This document shows positions 37,847 through 50,500 of a stretch of 64,000 bases of DNA, in pieces. Position numbers and translations under genes: made by a program. The stretch is from NCBI GenBank assembly GCA_965645245.1, contig OZ287072.1, forward strand, positions 2,542,001 to 2,606,000, read 5' to 3'. The stretch is from Massalongia carnosa (Eukaryota). Position 1 is the stretch's first letter. The number at the start of each line of letters is the position of its first letter. The notes beneath the pieces were generated by a model. That model made no database searches. It had not been told where the DNA came from and worked only from the letters and a program-made list of their open reading frames with translations.

Positions 37847-38787
37847 GGGTCAAGAGCTTTGAAAGGTAATCGGTGCGACCACAAACAAACATGAGTATGT
37901 AACCCACGCGTCTGTACAGTAGCTCAGGTATAGTTGTTTCTTCTTATGACGATCTTTCAGAAAAACATAATACTGGCCAGCGAATGCTTCGATCAGCACA
38001 GTTATACATTCTCTTTCCCGATCTCATACACTATCCAATTGTAATTCCTCGCAATTCTGATACCTTGATTAACCATTCGTAATGCTTTTCACACTCACTA
38101 TACGCCTTGTAACTGTGAGCGAAGATTCGGGACATCATTTAGCCAAAACTTACAGGCAATTCAGCATTTAAGACATTCCCCCAGAGACGGTGCTTTTGCC
38201 TAGATTATTTTCCTTCGTCCTAGTGCATTGAGGCGTTCCGGCCACTTGACACGGCCGCAGGTCGTAATGGGTGATAATATGTTTTGGTGAAGCGGTACAG
38301 TTCCTGTAAATCTAGAGTATACTTGATTTAGCTACACACGTCTGTCTAGATCTCCGGCGCTGCAGCCCCGACCGGACAAGTCATTCTTTGGTATGAACGT
38401 CTCTCTCCAACACATGTCAGCAAGGCTTGGGTTTGTTGGAAGATATTCCAGCAACAGATCGTGACGATAGCTTTGATAAGATGCTTTCAATTGCTTTGTC
38501 GAGTAGTCAGATTTTAGAAACTGACAACCGGTCAACGAGTTGTGATAGCATTTCTAATAGGTATATCCCTTCTAATACTGTTGACGTTTCACAAAGTTAG
38601 AAAGCCGCTCGCGTAACAGCTGGAACCTACTTTGGGCTTCAGCTGCTCAGCCTCGTTCTAAAATCTGTTCGTCAACATATTAACCGTTACGTTCGCGGAG
38701 TCTTCCACACTTGGCCGGTCATTAGCTTTGAAATGCAAAGAGCAGAAGCAACACGCACGACCTATGTGAGTATGAAAAGCCGTCGAC

Positions 38788-41700
38788 ATGGGCTTACGGG
38801 TTTTATATCCATCAAAAGACGCTGGGAAGTCGGAGGTCATCAAGGCTGAGTGAGCCTTTATACATCGCCGCTCCTGTAACATACCGATATACTTACGTCT
38901 TCTACTCAGTATCGTTGCGGTTCATGGCCTCAATGGAGACCCGAAGAACACTTGGACGAGCCGTCAGACGAATGCCTTCTGGCTCAAAGACTTCCTTCCA
39001 CACGACGTACCTAATGCTCGGGTCATGACATTTGGATACAATGCTGATGCGGCATTCGGGAACACCACTGCAGATATCATAGATCATGCAAGGAGTTTGC
39101 TTAGCGGTCTGATTGATAAGCGCGAGGAAGATGATGTGGGTTGCCGATATTCATTAGATCCTGAAGACGCTAAGGCTAAGATATTTCTTAGGAGCTGCGC
39201 CGTCCTATTATATTTGTCGGACATTCGCTCGGCGGAATAGTGATTAAACAAGTCAGTGCTAAGTTTGATCAAGAGGCGTGTGTCTAATGTTGCGTAATCC
39301 AGGCGTTGTTTCAGGCAAAACTTGAGCATCGATACAGCAGCATCAGCGAGTCCACAATCGGGATTGTGTTTCTGGGAACTCCTCATCGGGGAAGCGAAAA
39401 AGCAGCATACGGAAAGGTTCTTGCAACTCTTGCTACGGCTGTTCTGAACAAATCATCGCCACGCCTTGTCAATGCTTTGCAAGTGAACAGTGAGGCGTTG
39501 ATGTCACTTACGACCAACTTTAGATTTCAGCTACCAAAATATCAGGTGTATAGCTTCTACGAGATGAAGCCAATGAAGATGCTTACTACTTTGGTAAGCA
39601 CCAAGATGAGAACTTTGCTTATAAATATAAACTTGACCAACAGAACAATTTTTACTAGATCGTGGAAAAACATTCTGCACTGTTAGAGATCGACGGAGAA
39701 GAACAGATTCCAGTGGACGCAAACCACGAAGAGATGTGCAAGTTCATGGAGCGCGAGGACGACGTATATGAGAAGCTTTTCAAGAGGGTTCGTAGGATGA
39801 TAAAGCAACAAGATAGCGTTCCTTCAAATAAATCCTGTACGTAGATTCAACCAAAGTACTCATTTAAAATGATTTTGCATATATGTTTTGCTCATGTGAA
39901 ACTAGATCTTTGCAGTTTCTCGTCCTATAACAAGCATTACTGTGTTCCTCTCAACCTAAGTACGATATTTACTGGCCGTGATGACTTAATTCAAAACATC
40001 TCTGAAGGGTGTTTACCCTTCGACAATGAAAAAATGCCTTCTAAGCAGAAAAGGTTTGTTTTGTTTGGCCTAGGAGGCTCAGGAAAGACTCAAGCCTGTC
40101 TTAAATTCGCTCAAGATTATCGGGAAAGGTAAGTGGTTAAACCCGAGAGCTTTCGGGCTTGTGTCTGTTACAGGACTGATGCTGAAGGTTAGGTTTTGGG
40201 GTATCTTCTGGATCGATGCGAGTAGCTACATTACAGCTCAACAAGGGTTTTTGGAAATATCTCGAACATGTGGAGTGAAAGAGGACCCTAAGGCTATAAG
40301 ACAATGGTTGTCGAATATTCAAGATCCCTGGCTGCTGATAATTGACAACGCCGATGACCCGTCTCTAGACGTCTCCGACTTCTTTCCGACAGGCAATAGA
40401 GGCTCCATCCTGCTCACTACTCGCAATCCTGACTGTAAGATCCACTCAACTGTAGGCTCGTGCAAGCTCGGACAACTGAACATGGACGAGGCCGTGACGC
40501 TTCTGTTGAAAGCTGCTGGGGCGGAAGATACAGCTGATGAGGATGCACGAAGGAAGGCAAAGCCTGTAATCCAGACGTTGGGCTTTTTGGCGCTTGCAAT
40601 CACTCAAGCCGGCGCATATATACGGCGGGGTCTCTGTAGCATCGAAGAATACTGTGACGTGTACACCCGTCGTCGGCAAAAACTGCTAAGGCATCGATCA
40701 GTTCAAGCGAGCTCCGATTATAAATATAGCGTGTACACGACCTGGGAGATCTCCATCGAAGCAATCGAGAAGAAGCGTGACGAGACTTCTCATAATGCTA
40801 TGGAACTCCTTCGAATATTTAGCTTCTTGCATTACGATGGGATTACCGAAGACATATTTGAGCAGGCGTGGAGAAATAACTATAAGAGAGAAGACTCGTT
40901 TCAAGACATAATTCATATGTTTTACATACAACCCCAACAAAAAGCAGGAGATTGGGATCCAACAATGATTCGAGAAGCGGCAGATCTTCTTGCGTCGTTC
41001 TCACTTATAAATTTAGGTAGAGAGAGAGATACTAAAAGGATTGATGAAACGGGGCGTCGCATGTCAATGCATCCATTGGTACATGTGTGGGCCAGAGACC
41101 GACTCTCGGAAGATCTTCAGAGATGTTCCTGGATAATAACCAGTTCCACCCTAGCTGCTACCATGTCTTGGGAATATGCGCTGACCGACTATCGCTTCCG
41201 ACGGTCTTTGCTGCCTCATATCGAGTCTTGCATAAGTCTTTGCAGAGATAAGCCGTTTCTTGACGAATACTCAGAGCTCAATCGTGTTAGTGTGGCGGAG
41301 GGGTTTGTGTTGGCGTTTCGTGAGAATGGCCGGCTGCAGGAGGCAATGGAATTGGGAGAAAAGGTGTTGAAGGCACGTCAGAGGACGCAGGGAAGCGAAC
41401 ATCCGGACACTCTCAGGACGATGAACAGTCTTGCAATTAGTCATAGCGATTTAGGACGCAAAAAGGAGGCAATGGAATTGCAAGAAAAGGTGTTGGAGGC
41501 ACGTCAGAGGACGCTGGGAAGCGAACATCCGGACACTCTCAGGACGATGAACAGTCTTGCAATTAGTCATAGCGATTTAGGACGCAAACAGGAGGCAATG
41601 GAATTGAAAGAAACGGTGTTGAAGGCACATCAGAGGACGCTAGGAAGCGAACATCCGGACACTCTCAGGACGATGAACAATCTTGCAAATAGTTATAGCG

Positions 41701-42911
41701 ATTTAGGACGCGAACAGGAGGCAATGGAATTGAACGAAACAGTGTTGAAGGCACGTCAGAGGACGCTGGGAAGCGAACATCCGGACACTCTCATAACGAT
41801 GAACAATCTTGCAAATAGTTATAGCGATTTAGGACGCAAACAGGAGGCAATGGAATTGAACGAAACAGTGTTGAAGGCACATCAGAGGACGCTAGGAAGC
41901 GAACATCCGGACACTCTCAGGACGATGAACAATCTTGCAAATAGTTATAGCGATTTAGGACGCAAACAGGAGTCAATGGAATTGAACGAAACAGTGTTGA
42001 AGGCACGTCAGAGGACGCAGGGAAGCGAACATCCGGACACTCTTTATACGATGAACAGTCTTGCAATTAATTATAGCGATTTAGGACGCAAACAGGAGGC
42101 AATGGAAGTGCAAGAAACGGTGTTGGAGGCACGTCAGAGGACGCTGGGAAGCGAACATCCGGACACTCTCAGAACGATGAATAGTCTTGCAATTAGTCAT
42201 AGCGATTTAGGACGCAAACAGGATGCAATGGAATTGAACGAAACGGTGTTGAAGGCACGTCAGAGGACGCTGGGAAGCGAACATCCGGACACTCTCGGGA
42301 CAATGAACAATCTTGCAAATAGTTATAGCGATTTAGGACGCAAACAGGGGGCAATGGAATTGAACGAAACAGTGTTGAAGGTACGTCAGAGGACGCTAGG
42401 AAGTGAACATCCGGACACTCTCTGTACGATGAACAATCTTGCAAATAGTTATAGCGATTTAGGACGCAAACAGGAGGCAATGGAATTGAAAGAAAAGGTG
42501 TTGAAGGCATGTCAGCGGACGCTAGGAAGCGAACATCCGGACACTCTTTATACGATGAACAGTCTTGCAATTAATTATAGTGATTTAGGACGCATACAGG
42601 AGGCAATGGAATTGCAAGAAACGGTGTTGGAGGCACGTCAGAGGACGCTGGGAAGCGAACATCCGGACACTCTCAGGACGATGAACAATCTTGCAAATAG
42701 TTATAGCGATTTAGGACGCAAACAGGAGGCAATGGAATTGAACGAAACAGTGTTGAAGGCACGTCAGAGGACGCTGGGAAGCGAACATCCGGACACTCTC
42801 ATAACGATGAACAATCTTGCAAATAGTTATAGAGATTTAGGACGCAAACAGGAGGCACTGGAATTGGATGAAAAGGTGTTGAAGGCACGTCAGAGGACGC
42901 TGGGAAGCTAA
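38788..42911 (+). CDS. Fungal NLR: SesB-like alpha/beta-hydrolase, NB-ARC, TPR repeats (multi-exon)
   Basis: Spliced N-terminus DIVAVHGLNGD..FWLKDFLP..ARVMTFGYNA..IIFVGHSLGGIVIKQ..IVFLGTPHRGS..VDANHEEMCKF; P-loop GLGGSGKT, WLLIIDNADD, LTTRN, LALAITQAG, MHPLVH; twelve 42-aa HPDTL repeats. Confidence 0.92.
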
Positions 42912-43075
42912 CATCCGGACACTCTTAAAGTGATGGACGACCTTGCTGTTAGTTATTATGGTTTTTGACGTAAACAGGAGGCAGTAAATTTGATAGAAGA
43001 GACGCTGAAAGCAAGTCAAAAGACGTTGGGAAGTGAATATTCAACTACCCTTCGTGCGATGAACAATCTTGCGGA
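41335..43075 (+). repeat. 126-bp tandem array encoding TPR units (12 translated, ~2 beyond a premature stop)
   Basis: Near-identical GGAAGCGAACATCCGGACACTCTC.. units every 126 bp. Confidence 0.95.
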
Positions 43076-43489
43076 TTTTAAGCAGGAGGATCTAAAGTGT
43101 GATCTATCAATCATGTGAACGATGCATGCCTCCTCGAGCGTACTTCCCAATCCAGGCAATTCCGAATTCTGCGGTCGTCGTCATGTCGAAAACCGCACGA
43201 GCTTCAACTATCCCAGATCGAGCCGATACAGTAGATGTTAGTAGATCGCTTGATAATTCAGCTATGAGGCGTGCGTTGACGACACATTGAAATAGTCTCC
43301 TTCACAATACAAGACCTTTTTTTCTTGATCATGCTCAAAGTACGGTAGCTTCGATCAGTAATGTATTTCACTGGCTTTCTTCTCATGGCTGCGCCGATAA
43401 CTCACACTTTGCACATGGGAATCGTCATACGAACACATCCAAAGCGCAACAGTTCGCGGAAGCAAAATACAAACGCCAAAAAGAAATCA

Positions 43490-43908
43490 ATGAGGTCAAC
43501 GCCGCCGGTCATCAACCACCTTCTCCCGTTTTAATCATGCAAGGTCGTAGAATAATGCAGAACTGGTTCCAAGAAGGGCTGCCCACGGGGACTCTGATTG
43601 AAGTATCAGAAAGTGGGTACATCACCGATGAAATAGCCATTGAAGTTTTGAAGCACTTCATTGCGAATACAAACTTGGGGCCTACAAAGCAGTGGAAATT
43701 GATGCTCATAGATAATCATAGGACTCATTGCACCCCTGAGTTTATAAAGCTTGCCAGTTAAAATCACATTCGCCCTCTCCCCCTGATACCACATCTGACT
43801 CATTGTATGCAACCCCTTGATATGGGCGTATTTCAACCCTATAAGCATTGGCATGATAAGGCTATCCAAGATGTCCTTGCAGAGTTCAACACTGAGAATA
43901 ATGAGAAT
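43490..43908 (+). pseudogene. Fot1/pogo DDE_1 transposase fragment
   Basis: SESGYITDEIAIEVLKHF..LMLIDNHRTH..*..HLTHCMQPLDMGVFQPYK. A probable element end with doubled CTACGCAGACCGCTT lies at 46681-47221. Confidence 0.8.
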
Positions 43909-44079
43909 GATGAGGGTGATGAGGGTGATGAGGGTGATGAGGGTGATGAGGGTGATGAGGGTGATGAGGGTGATGAGGGTGATGAGGGTGATGAGGGTGA
44001 TGAGGGTGATGAGGGTGATGAGGGTGATGAGGGTGATGAGGGTGATGAGGGTGATGAGGGTGATGAGGGTGATGAGGGT
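43909..44079. repeat. (GATGAGGGT)19 perfect minisatellite
   Basis: 171 bp of perfect 9-mers, read as (DEG)n in the transposase frame. Confidence 0.97.
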
Positions 44080-44157
44080 GATGAGGATGAGCAGTTTAAC
44101 TTTTATCAAGGGGGGTTATCGTCAGACTAGGAGTTAATATTAGAACGCGCAATTGAT

Positions 44158-46369
44158 GAAGATGATGATGATGTATTCATACTCCGATATGACACCGGCC
44201 GTAGGCCGGCCCATGCGGGCAAAGCTATCTAAGTTATGTTACATGGAAAACCTTTCACAGGTGTAAAAACCATGTCCCTTGATACCCATCCGATGTGACT
44301 ACGGGTCGACGTCGGGCGGGAGAGGCAGTGCAAAAGACGTGTGGGAACTGTAATGCCTTGTGAAAAGAGAAGAAAGAAAGAAAGGTTCAACTATTGTTGA
44401 TTTTACAATAATGTTGATGCTAGTGAGAATTGATTCAATAAGCCTGTTTTCATTAGCCAAGCAGTTAGTATCTTCAGAGTTTTTGATGATTTGGTCAGCT
44501 GCTGATAGTCGCTCGTGCCGGCGGCGCGAAACATCTGTTCTCTATTGTCAATAAGTCAGCAGAACATGATTACATGTTCTGGAGTTTGTCTGGGCCAGCC
44601 ACATGAGCAGGCCGGTGAGGTGACGGAGGGCACCCGTCGCTTGTAGAGGAAGTCAGCTAACCCGATCTTGCCAGTGCGGATTTGAGTTGTTAGAGCGCTT
44701 TCTGCCTTTTTTAGCGGCGTGTGTATTTTCAGCCGTTTTTTGCTCAGTGGGACTGATTGTGCTATGGAGGGTTCGATGACGCGATTTTGATATGCGCACC
44801 ACGAATCGTTCCAGACCTTCATTTGTCGTGCTTTGATTGTTTGCATCTGCTTGTGTCGGGCCGTTGCCGCAACGGTAGCTTCGCGGTGCCATGCCGGGTA
44901 GACTTCGAACCATGGTGGGTGTGCCTTTGGTGGTTGAACTATTTTTGAGTCGATCAGTAGGCTTTTGGCCCAGATGTGTTTCAGCTCTCCCGGGGTGGGC
45001 TTTTGAAGTCGTTTGCGACCTGCCTTGCCTCGAAGTTTGTCAGCTATTTTGTTGCATGCGGAGGATATGATCTTCAATTGGCCTCCGGCTCGGAGCCGGT
45101 GCCTTGCCTGTGCTTGTAGCATGTCGAGATGCGTGTCTATGGGCGCTATGAATGTCTCTGCTTCTAGTATTGAGATGGGAGTGGCTTTAAAGGCACCGGC
45201 TATGGTGCGAAGGCACTTGTTTTGCATGACGGAGAGCTTGCTCGTTGACGTTTTTGACTTTTTGACTTCTTTGGGCATGTGCCATACGGTTGACCCATAT
45301 GTCATGGCCGGACGCACCACGGCACTGTACACCTGCCTTGCCTTGGCGAAGGTGGCACCCCAGGTTGATGTGGAAATTTTTGTCAATGCCATGGATTGTT
45401 TGACCATTTTCTCCTGCGTTTTGCGAACGTGCGGTCCCCATTTCACTTTGGTGTCGATTTGTAGGCCCAATACTCTGATGTCCGTTTTAGGTTCAATTTC
45501 GGTGCTAGCAATATTGATGGATGCAGTCATGTTGAATCTTTTGGGATTTCTGGACAAGTGTATGAGTTCGTACTTCGTCGGAGCGAATACGGACCCGTGC
45601 CGGGAAGCCCACGTCTCACATTGTCTGTGTATTGCCTCTAGAGTTTTGCAGTTTTCCTCGGTGCTTTTTCCATATGCCAAAATGTTTGCGTCGTCTACGA
45701 ATCCTATGGCACTTGTGTTTTTGCCTGGTCGATCACATATTTCCAATAGATCTGCATTGTAAAATAGGTAAAGAATGGATGACAGGGGAGAGCCCTGCGG
45801 GATAACCATTCTTACCGCAAACCGCCCGGTGACTTTTCGATTTATTGCTAAAGTGGTGCTTCGATCGCTCAGAAAGCTATTTAACCAGTCGGTGATCCAT
45901 TTTGGAATTTTTCTTTTCCGTAGGTTGTGGGTTAGTCGTTGATGTGATACCGTATCGAACGCGCCGGCGACGTCCATGCTTAGCAGTGTGGCTACTTTGT
46001 CTTTTCCCTGTCCCCAGATCGTGTGAACCTGTTCAGCTAGCAGTTCCAGTGCTGACTCTGTGGATCTGCCCTTCCTTGCTCCCATCTGTGTGTCGGGTAG
46101 GAGCCGGTGTTTTTCCGCCAGATAGGTTATTTTCGATCCAATGATGGATTCCATAACTTTACTGAGCGTGTTGAGTAGTGCAATTGGTCGGTAGGCTTTC
46201 GGCGTGGTATAGTCTCCTTTGCCTATTTTTTTCAGCGCTATTGTGTTTGCCATTTTGAAGGCCCGCGGGTGGTACGAGTGTGTGACGCACGCCTGAAACA
46301 GAGGTGTTAGTAGTTCGACAAGTATTTCGCTGCATGCTTTGAGTATTCTGTTAGATATGCCGTCTGGGT
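44158..46369 (-). mobile_element. Tad1-clade LINE copy 2, 5'-truncated
   Basis: Very similar to copy 1; TSD AACGCGCAATTGAT at 44144-44157 and 46370-46383; (ATC)n tail; RT frame open from PDGISNRIL to CSCGWPRQTPEHVIMFC. Confidence 0.96.
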
Positions 46370-46696
46370 AACGCGCAATTGATATATATCTACTTTTTAA
46401 TAATATTTGCAAATGAGGTTGAAAATAAAGCAAATGAAGGTTGCAAATAATGATGAGACGACGTCGCAAATGAGTTGTAAGTAGGTGATAAAACTGGTGA
46501 AATTGGAAAAAATATAATGCATTCCCGGTTGATAAATGAGCAGTTAGGATGTGCAGTTGATATCTATCTATGGTATGAATAATAACATCTAACGGTCGTA
46601 GGTTGCGGCCGAGAAGTGTTGCAAAAAGCTGCAAAATAGGTGGTAAAATGGGTGAATTTAGACAAAGCCTGAAATTGAAACTACGCAGACCGCTTG

Positions 46697-47200
46697 TGTC
46701 AGGGGACTGGATTGGATGGTCAAGCTTTCTAATTGACTGAGTCTATAGCTACAGCTAGGCTAGATTGGCTATTCAAGACGTCGGACAAGGAGCTAGAACT
46801 TTCGAGGCTCGTCCCCTTCTTTTATATCTGTTCCTTACCTCCTTACCCCTTTGTTTCCTTGATATTCGATGTCTCCTATTCATCTCCTTTTCCTAAGTTA
46901 ATATGAAGACACCTAATGGGGACCGGGTAATTATGGTTTCGAAGATCGGAGGCGGAGCCGTACTCGATCTAACCGCATCGAGAAAGGTTGGAACAGCGCG
47001 CACTGACCAATGAAGCTGTGGTAGGTCCAATGAACCCGCGGTAGTTCCAATGAACCTGCGTTAGGTCCAATGAACCTGCGGTAGGTCCAATGAACCTGCA
47101 GTAGCTCCAATAAACCTGCGGTACGGTAGGTAGGGACAGGATAGAGGGGGCAACTACGGATAAGGCCGAGATCTTTTTGGTTCGAAGCCGTTTCATGACA
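46697..47200. mobile_element. Solo LTR (504 bp) with an internal 20-bp tandem repeat
   Basis: TGTCA..TGACA ends; 5-bp TSD GCTTG (46692-46696, 47201-47205); GTAGGTCCAATGAACCTGCG-like unit x5 at ~47021-47120. Confidence 0.88.
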
Positions 47201-47527
47201 GCTTGCCTACGCAGACCGCTTTCCCCGATTAGAGATGGTACATACACCTCGTATTGAGGCAGCTAAGCGAGGCCGACGATTATATTCGACAATTGTGTGT
47301 CTTTTAAATATGGAACACTACTTGCATCGACGATCGCAAACAGCGACGGTTATCAATTTAATCTTGATAAGAATTATTCTCAATCTAATTCTGACTACTT
47401 AGCATAAGTCGAATAGAGGCAAAGAATATACGATGAGTTTACTTACTGGTCATCATCGTCGCATTTTTAACATGCTACGAATAGTTCTCGAGATCTTTGA
47501 TGCGCTATTGGACTGATTATTAAAAAG

Positions 47528-50500
47528 TGTTGAATATCCAATTCCTACCAGCACAATGAATACCTATCAGTACGATGAACATAGCACCTACGGCTGTCCT
47601 AGTTGGACAGATCATCTACGGAAACCGTAGATGCCGCATTAGGCTTACTCCTAAGATAAGATAAGATCACCTCGCTTAGAAGGGGGTGACCAGTAATAGG
47701 AAAAGATTGCTGCCTAGCAACTCTTCATCCTTAACATCACGGTCATACATACCTTTATTATTACATAGCCATATAGCCATAGTCATATACCTATTTCAAC
47801 AGGTTATGAGCCCGGAAGGGTGCTATCGATTTAAACTAATCGAAACTTTTAATCCGCAGCTTCGCAGTGCAATCAGCTAAGCATCGTTCCTATTCAATGA
47901 ATCGTAGACACATGACTAAAATCTTTCTGTGTCTTTAGAAACGATCCCTTAAATCACATCAATCAGTTCTCTCTTCTGTACACAGCGATTTCTTGTCAGA
48001 AGCACAAAAACTGCGTGTTAGAAAGAGCATGAACACATTGATCGTACTACACTCAAGCCCTCGGACACCAAAGAGCTTGCTAAGCTCGATGGTCGAAGGC
48101 ACTCAAGTCCTCGGACACCAAAGAGCTTACTAAGCTCGATAATCGAAGGCACTCAAGTCCTCGGACACCAAAGAGCTTGCTAAGCTCGATGGTCGAAGGC
48201 ACTCAAGTCCTCGGACAGCAAAGAGCTTGCTAAGCTCGATGGTCGAAGGCACCCAAGTCCTCGGACACCAGAAGAGCTTGCTATGCTCGCTGGTCGAAGG
48301 CACTTAAGTCCTCGGACACCAGAAGAGCTTGCTAAGCTCGATGGTCGAAGGCACCCAAGTCCTCGGACACCAGAAGAGCTTGCTATGCTCGCTGGTCGAA
48401 GGCACTTAAGTCCTCGGACACCAAAGAGCTTGCTAAGCTCGCTGGTCGAAGGCACTCAAGTCCTCGGACACCAAAAGAGCTTGCTAAGCTCGATGGTCGA
48501 AGGCACTCAAGTCCTCGGACACCAAAAGAGCTTGCTATGCTCGATGGTCGAAGGCACTCAAGTCCTCGGACACCAAAGAGCTTGCTAAGCTCGATGGTCG
48601 AAGGCACTCAAGTCCTCGGACAGCAAAGAGCTTGCTAAGCTCGATGGTCGAAGGCACTCAAGTCCTCGGACAGCAAAGAGCTTGCTAAGCTCGATGGTCG
48701 AAGGCGCTCAAGTCCTCGGACACCAAAGAGCCCGCTAAGCTCGATGGTCGAAGGCGCTCAAGTCCTCGGACACCAAAGAGCCCGCTAAGCTCGATGGTCG
48801 AAGGCACCGAAGTCCTCGGACACCAAAGAGCTCGCTAAGCTCGATGGTCGAAGGCAAAAACAAGTATATTGCTGGCCCTGAGCGCCCAATTGGTTCAAAA
48901 ATCATCAAAGCGTCAGTTCACCCGTGGTTGAGTTCTGGACACGCAAAAAATACAAAATCCCTCGGACATCAAAGAGCTTAGTAAACTCATTGATCGAAGG
49001 CACAAAGACATTTCTTTTTGGCAATTATGCCTCCTTAAGGCACTAGATGAGATTGTGCGGCAGTTGCCTCTTATTATTTAACCGGCCTAAGGCCGGTTAA
49101 ATCAAATTGGAATAACCCTGCGCTCAATTTGCTTTTGGTCAATTGGACCCTTGAAAAAGCCGGAGTTGAAATTCTCATCATGGCAAACAAGCATGTTAAG
49201 CAAACAGGTTTCTCTGTTAAGACATCAAAGTGGACACTGGCTAAGGAGGGACTGTTTTTTCCTTGTCTATAAGAAAGGTCACAGATCCACATTCTTTCAG
49301 TCACTACTAAGTTTCTCGCCTTGTTCAATTGCTCCCCATTCTCCCATTATGTCTATCATAGATACGTCACATCTTTTGGAGAAAGCCGAAAGATATTCGG
49401 CATGGGCAAGCTATACGAAGGGCGTTCTGCTCAAGAACAACTGCGAAGGAGCCATTCTGGAGAATCAATCAGAAATCACCGCTGAAACCATCAAGGAAGG
49501 TTTAATACAAGCAGGCTTCGACGCCAAAGGTCTTTCAGTCAGCATCTTGGTAAAAGAACTGCGTGACTAGAAGAATAGACAGAAGGCCGAGATGACCAAG
49601 GCTATAGGAATCATTCACGGATTAGTTGCGGAGTGCCATTACAGCCTCATCGACAACAAGAATGTGGCAGAAATGTGGAAAATCCTGAAGGATAGATTCC
49701 AAGATATAGCACCAATGAGCATCAGCGACATCATTCTGAAGGTTAGTTCCAAGAAGATGACCGACTTCGAGACGACCAGTCTATACTGTGCATATTACGA
49801 GAGCGCTTTAAACAAGATTAAAGGAATGCTGGACGACAAGGCCAAAGTGGATGTGCATACCGTGGAGTTTATGCTTAAGGGAATGATGCTGGGTAACACC
49901 AGACGTCTATTCCCCATTGATAGCCCAACTTCGACGAGATTGAACATACGAAACCACAAACCTGTCGGAAGCAATGAAGACCATTATTGCTTATTATGTC
50001 AACATGAAAATCACCAAGGCACTTCATATCAGCACACCTGACTCAAGAGGTCGAGCCCCATCAGGGAACTGCACCTTCTCTTAATGTGTCAAGAGAAAGA
50101 ACACTCGTCATTGGCTAGATACCTGTTTGCAGAAGTTTCCACAGTTAAAAAGACATAGAAGTTCGCTCGAATCCGGAAGAGCAAAGGAACAAAAGACTAC
50201 CTCGTTAGAAACGAAGGCGGACTTATCTCATACATCAACCAACATTTCAACGACCATTGACACTCCAGATTTGAGGATGCATTTGAGCAAAGTGGACGAG
50301 GATACCTATCAAGGACTGGACGTCATTATCTGTTAAATCAAAACTCACTACATGGCATGGAAGGCTTGGTCATCTCAACATAGCAACGTGTCGAAAATAT
50401 CTGAAAACGCTAGACATAACGTACGATGACGATATCAACCACGGTTGGTTTTGCCATGCATGCGAAATGGGAAAAGCCAAAAAGATATACAACCGAACAC

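Noticed and set aside
43606..44137. ORFs with (ITL)n or (MRV)n
   Set aside because: Alternative-frame readings of the 9-bp minisatellite.
46370..46634. N-terminal part of the 692-aa ORF 44556-46634
   Set aside because: Lies outside the LINE TSD; chance open frame in flanking DNA.
48050..48856. CRISPR-like array
   Set aside because: Units are head to tail with no unique spacers, lie inside a copia leader, and there are no cas genes in this eukaryotic context.
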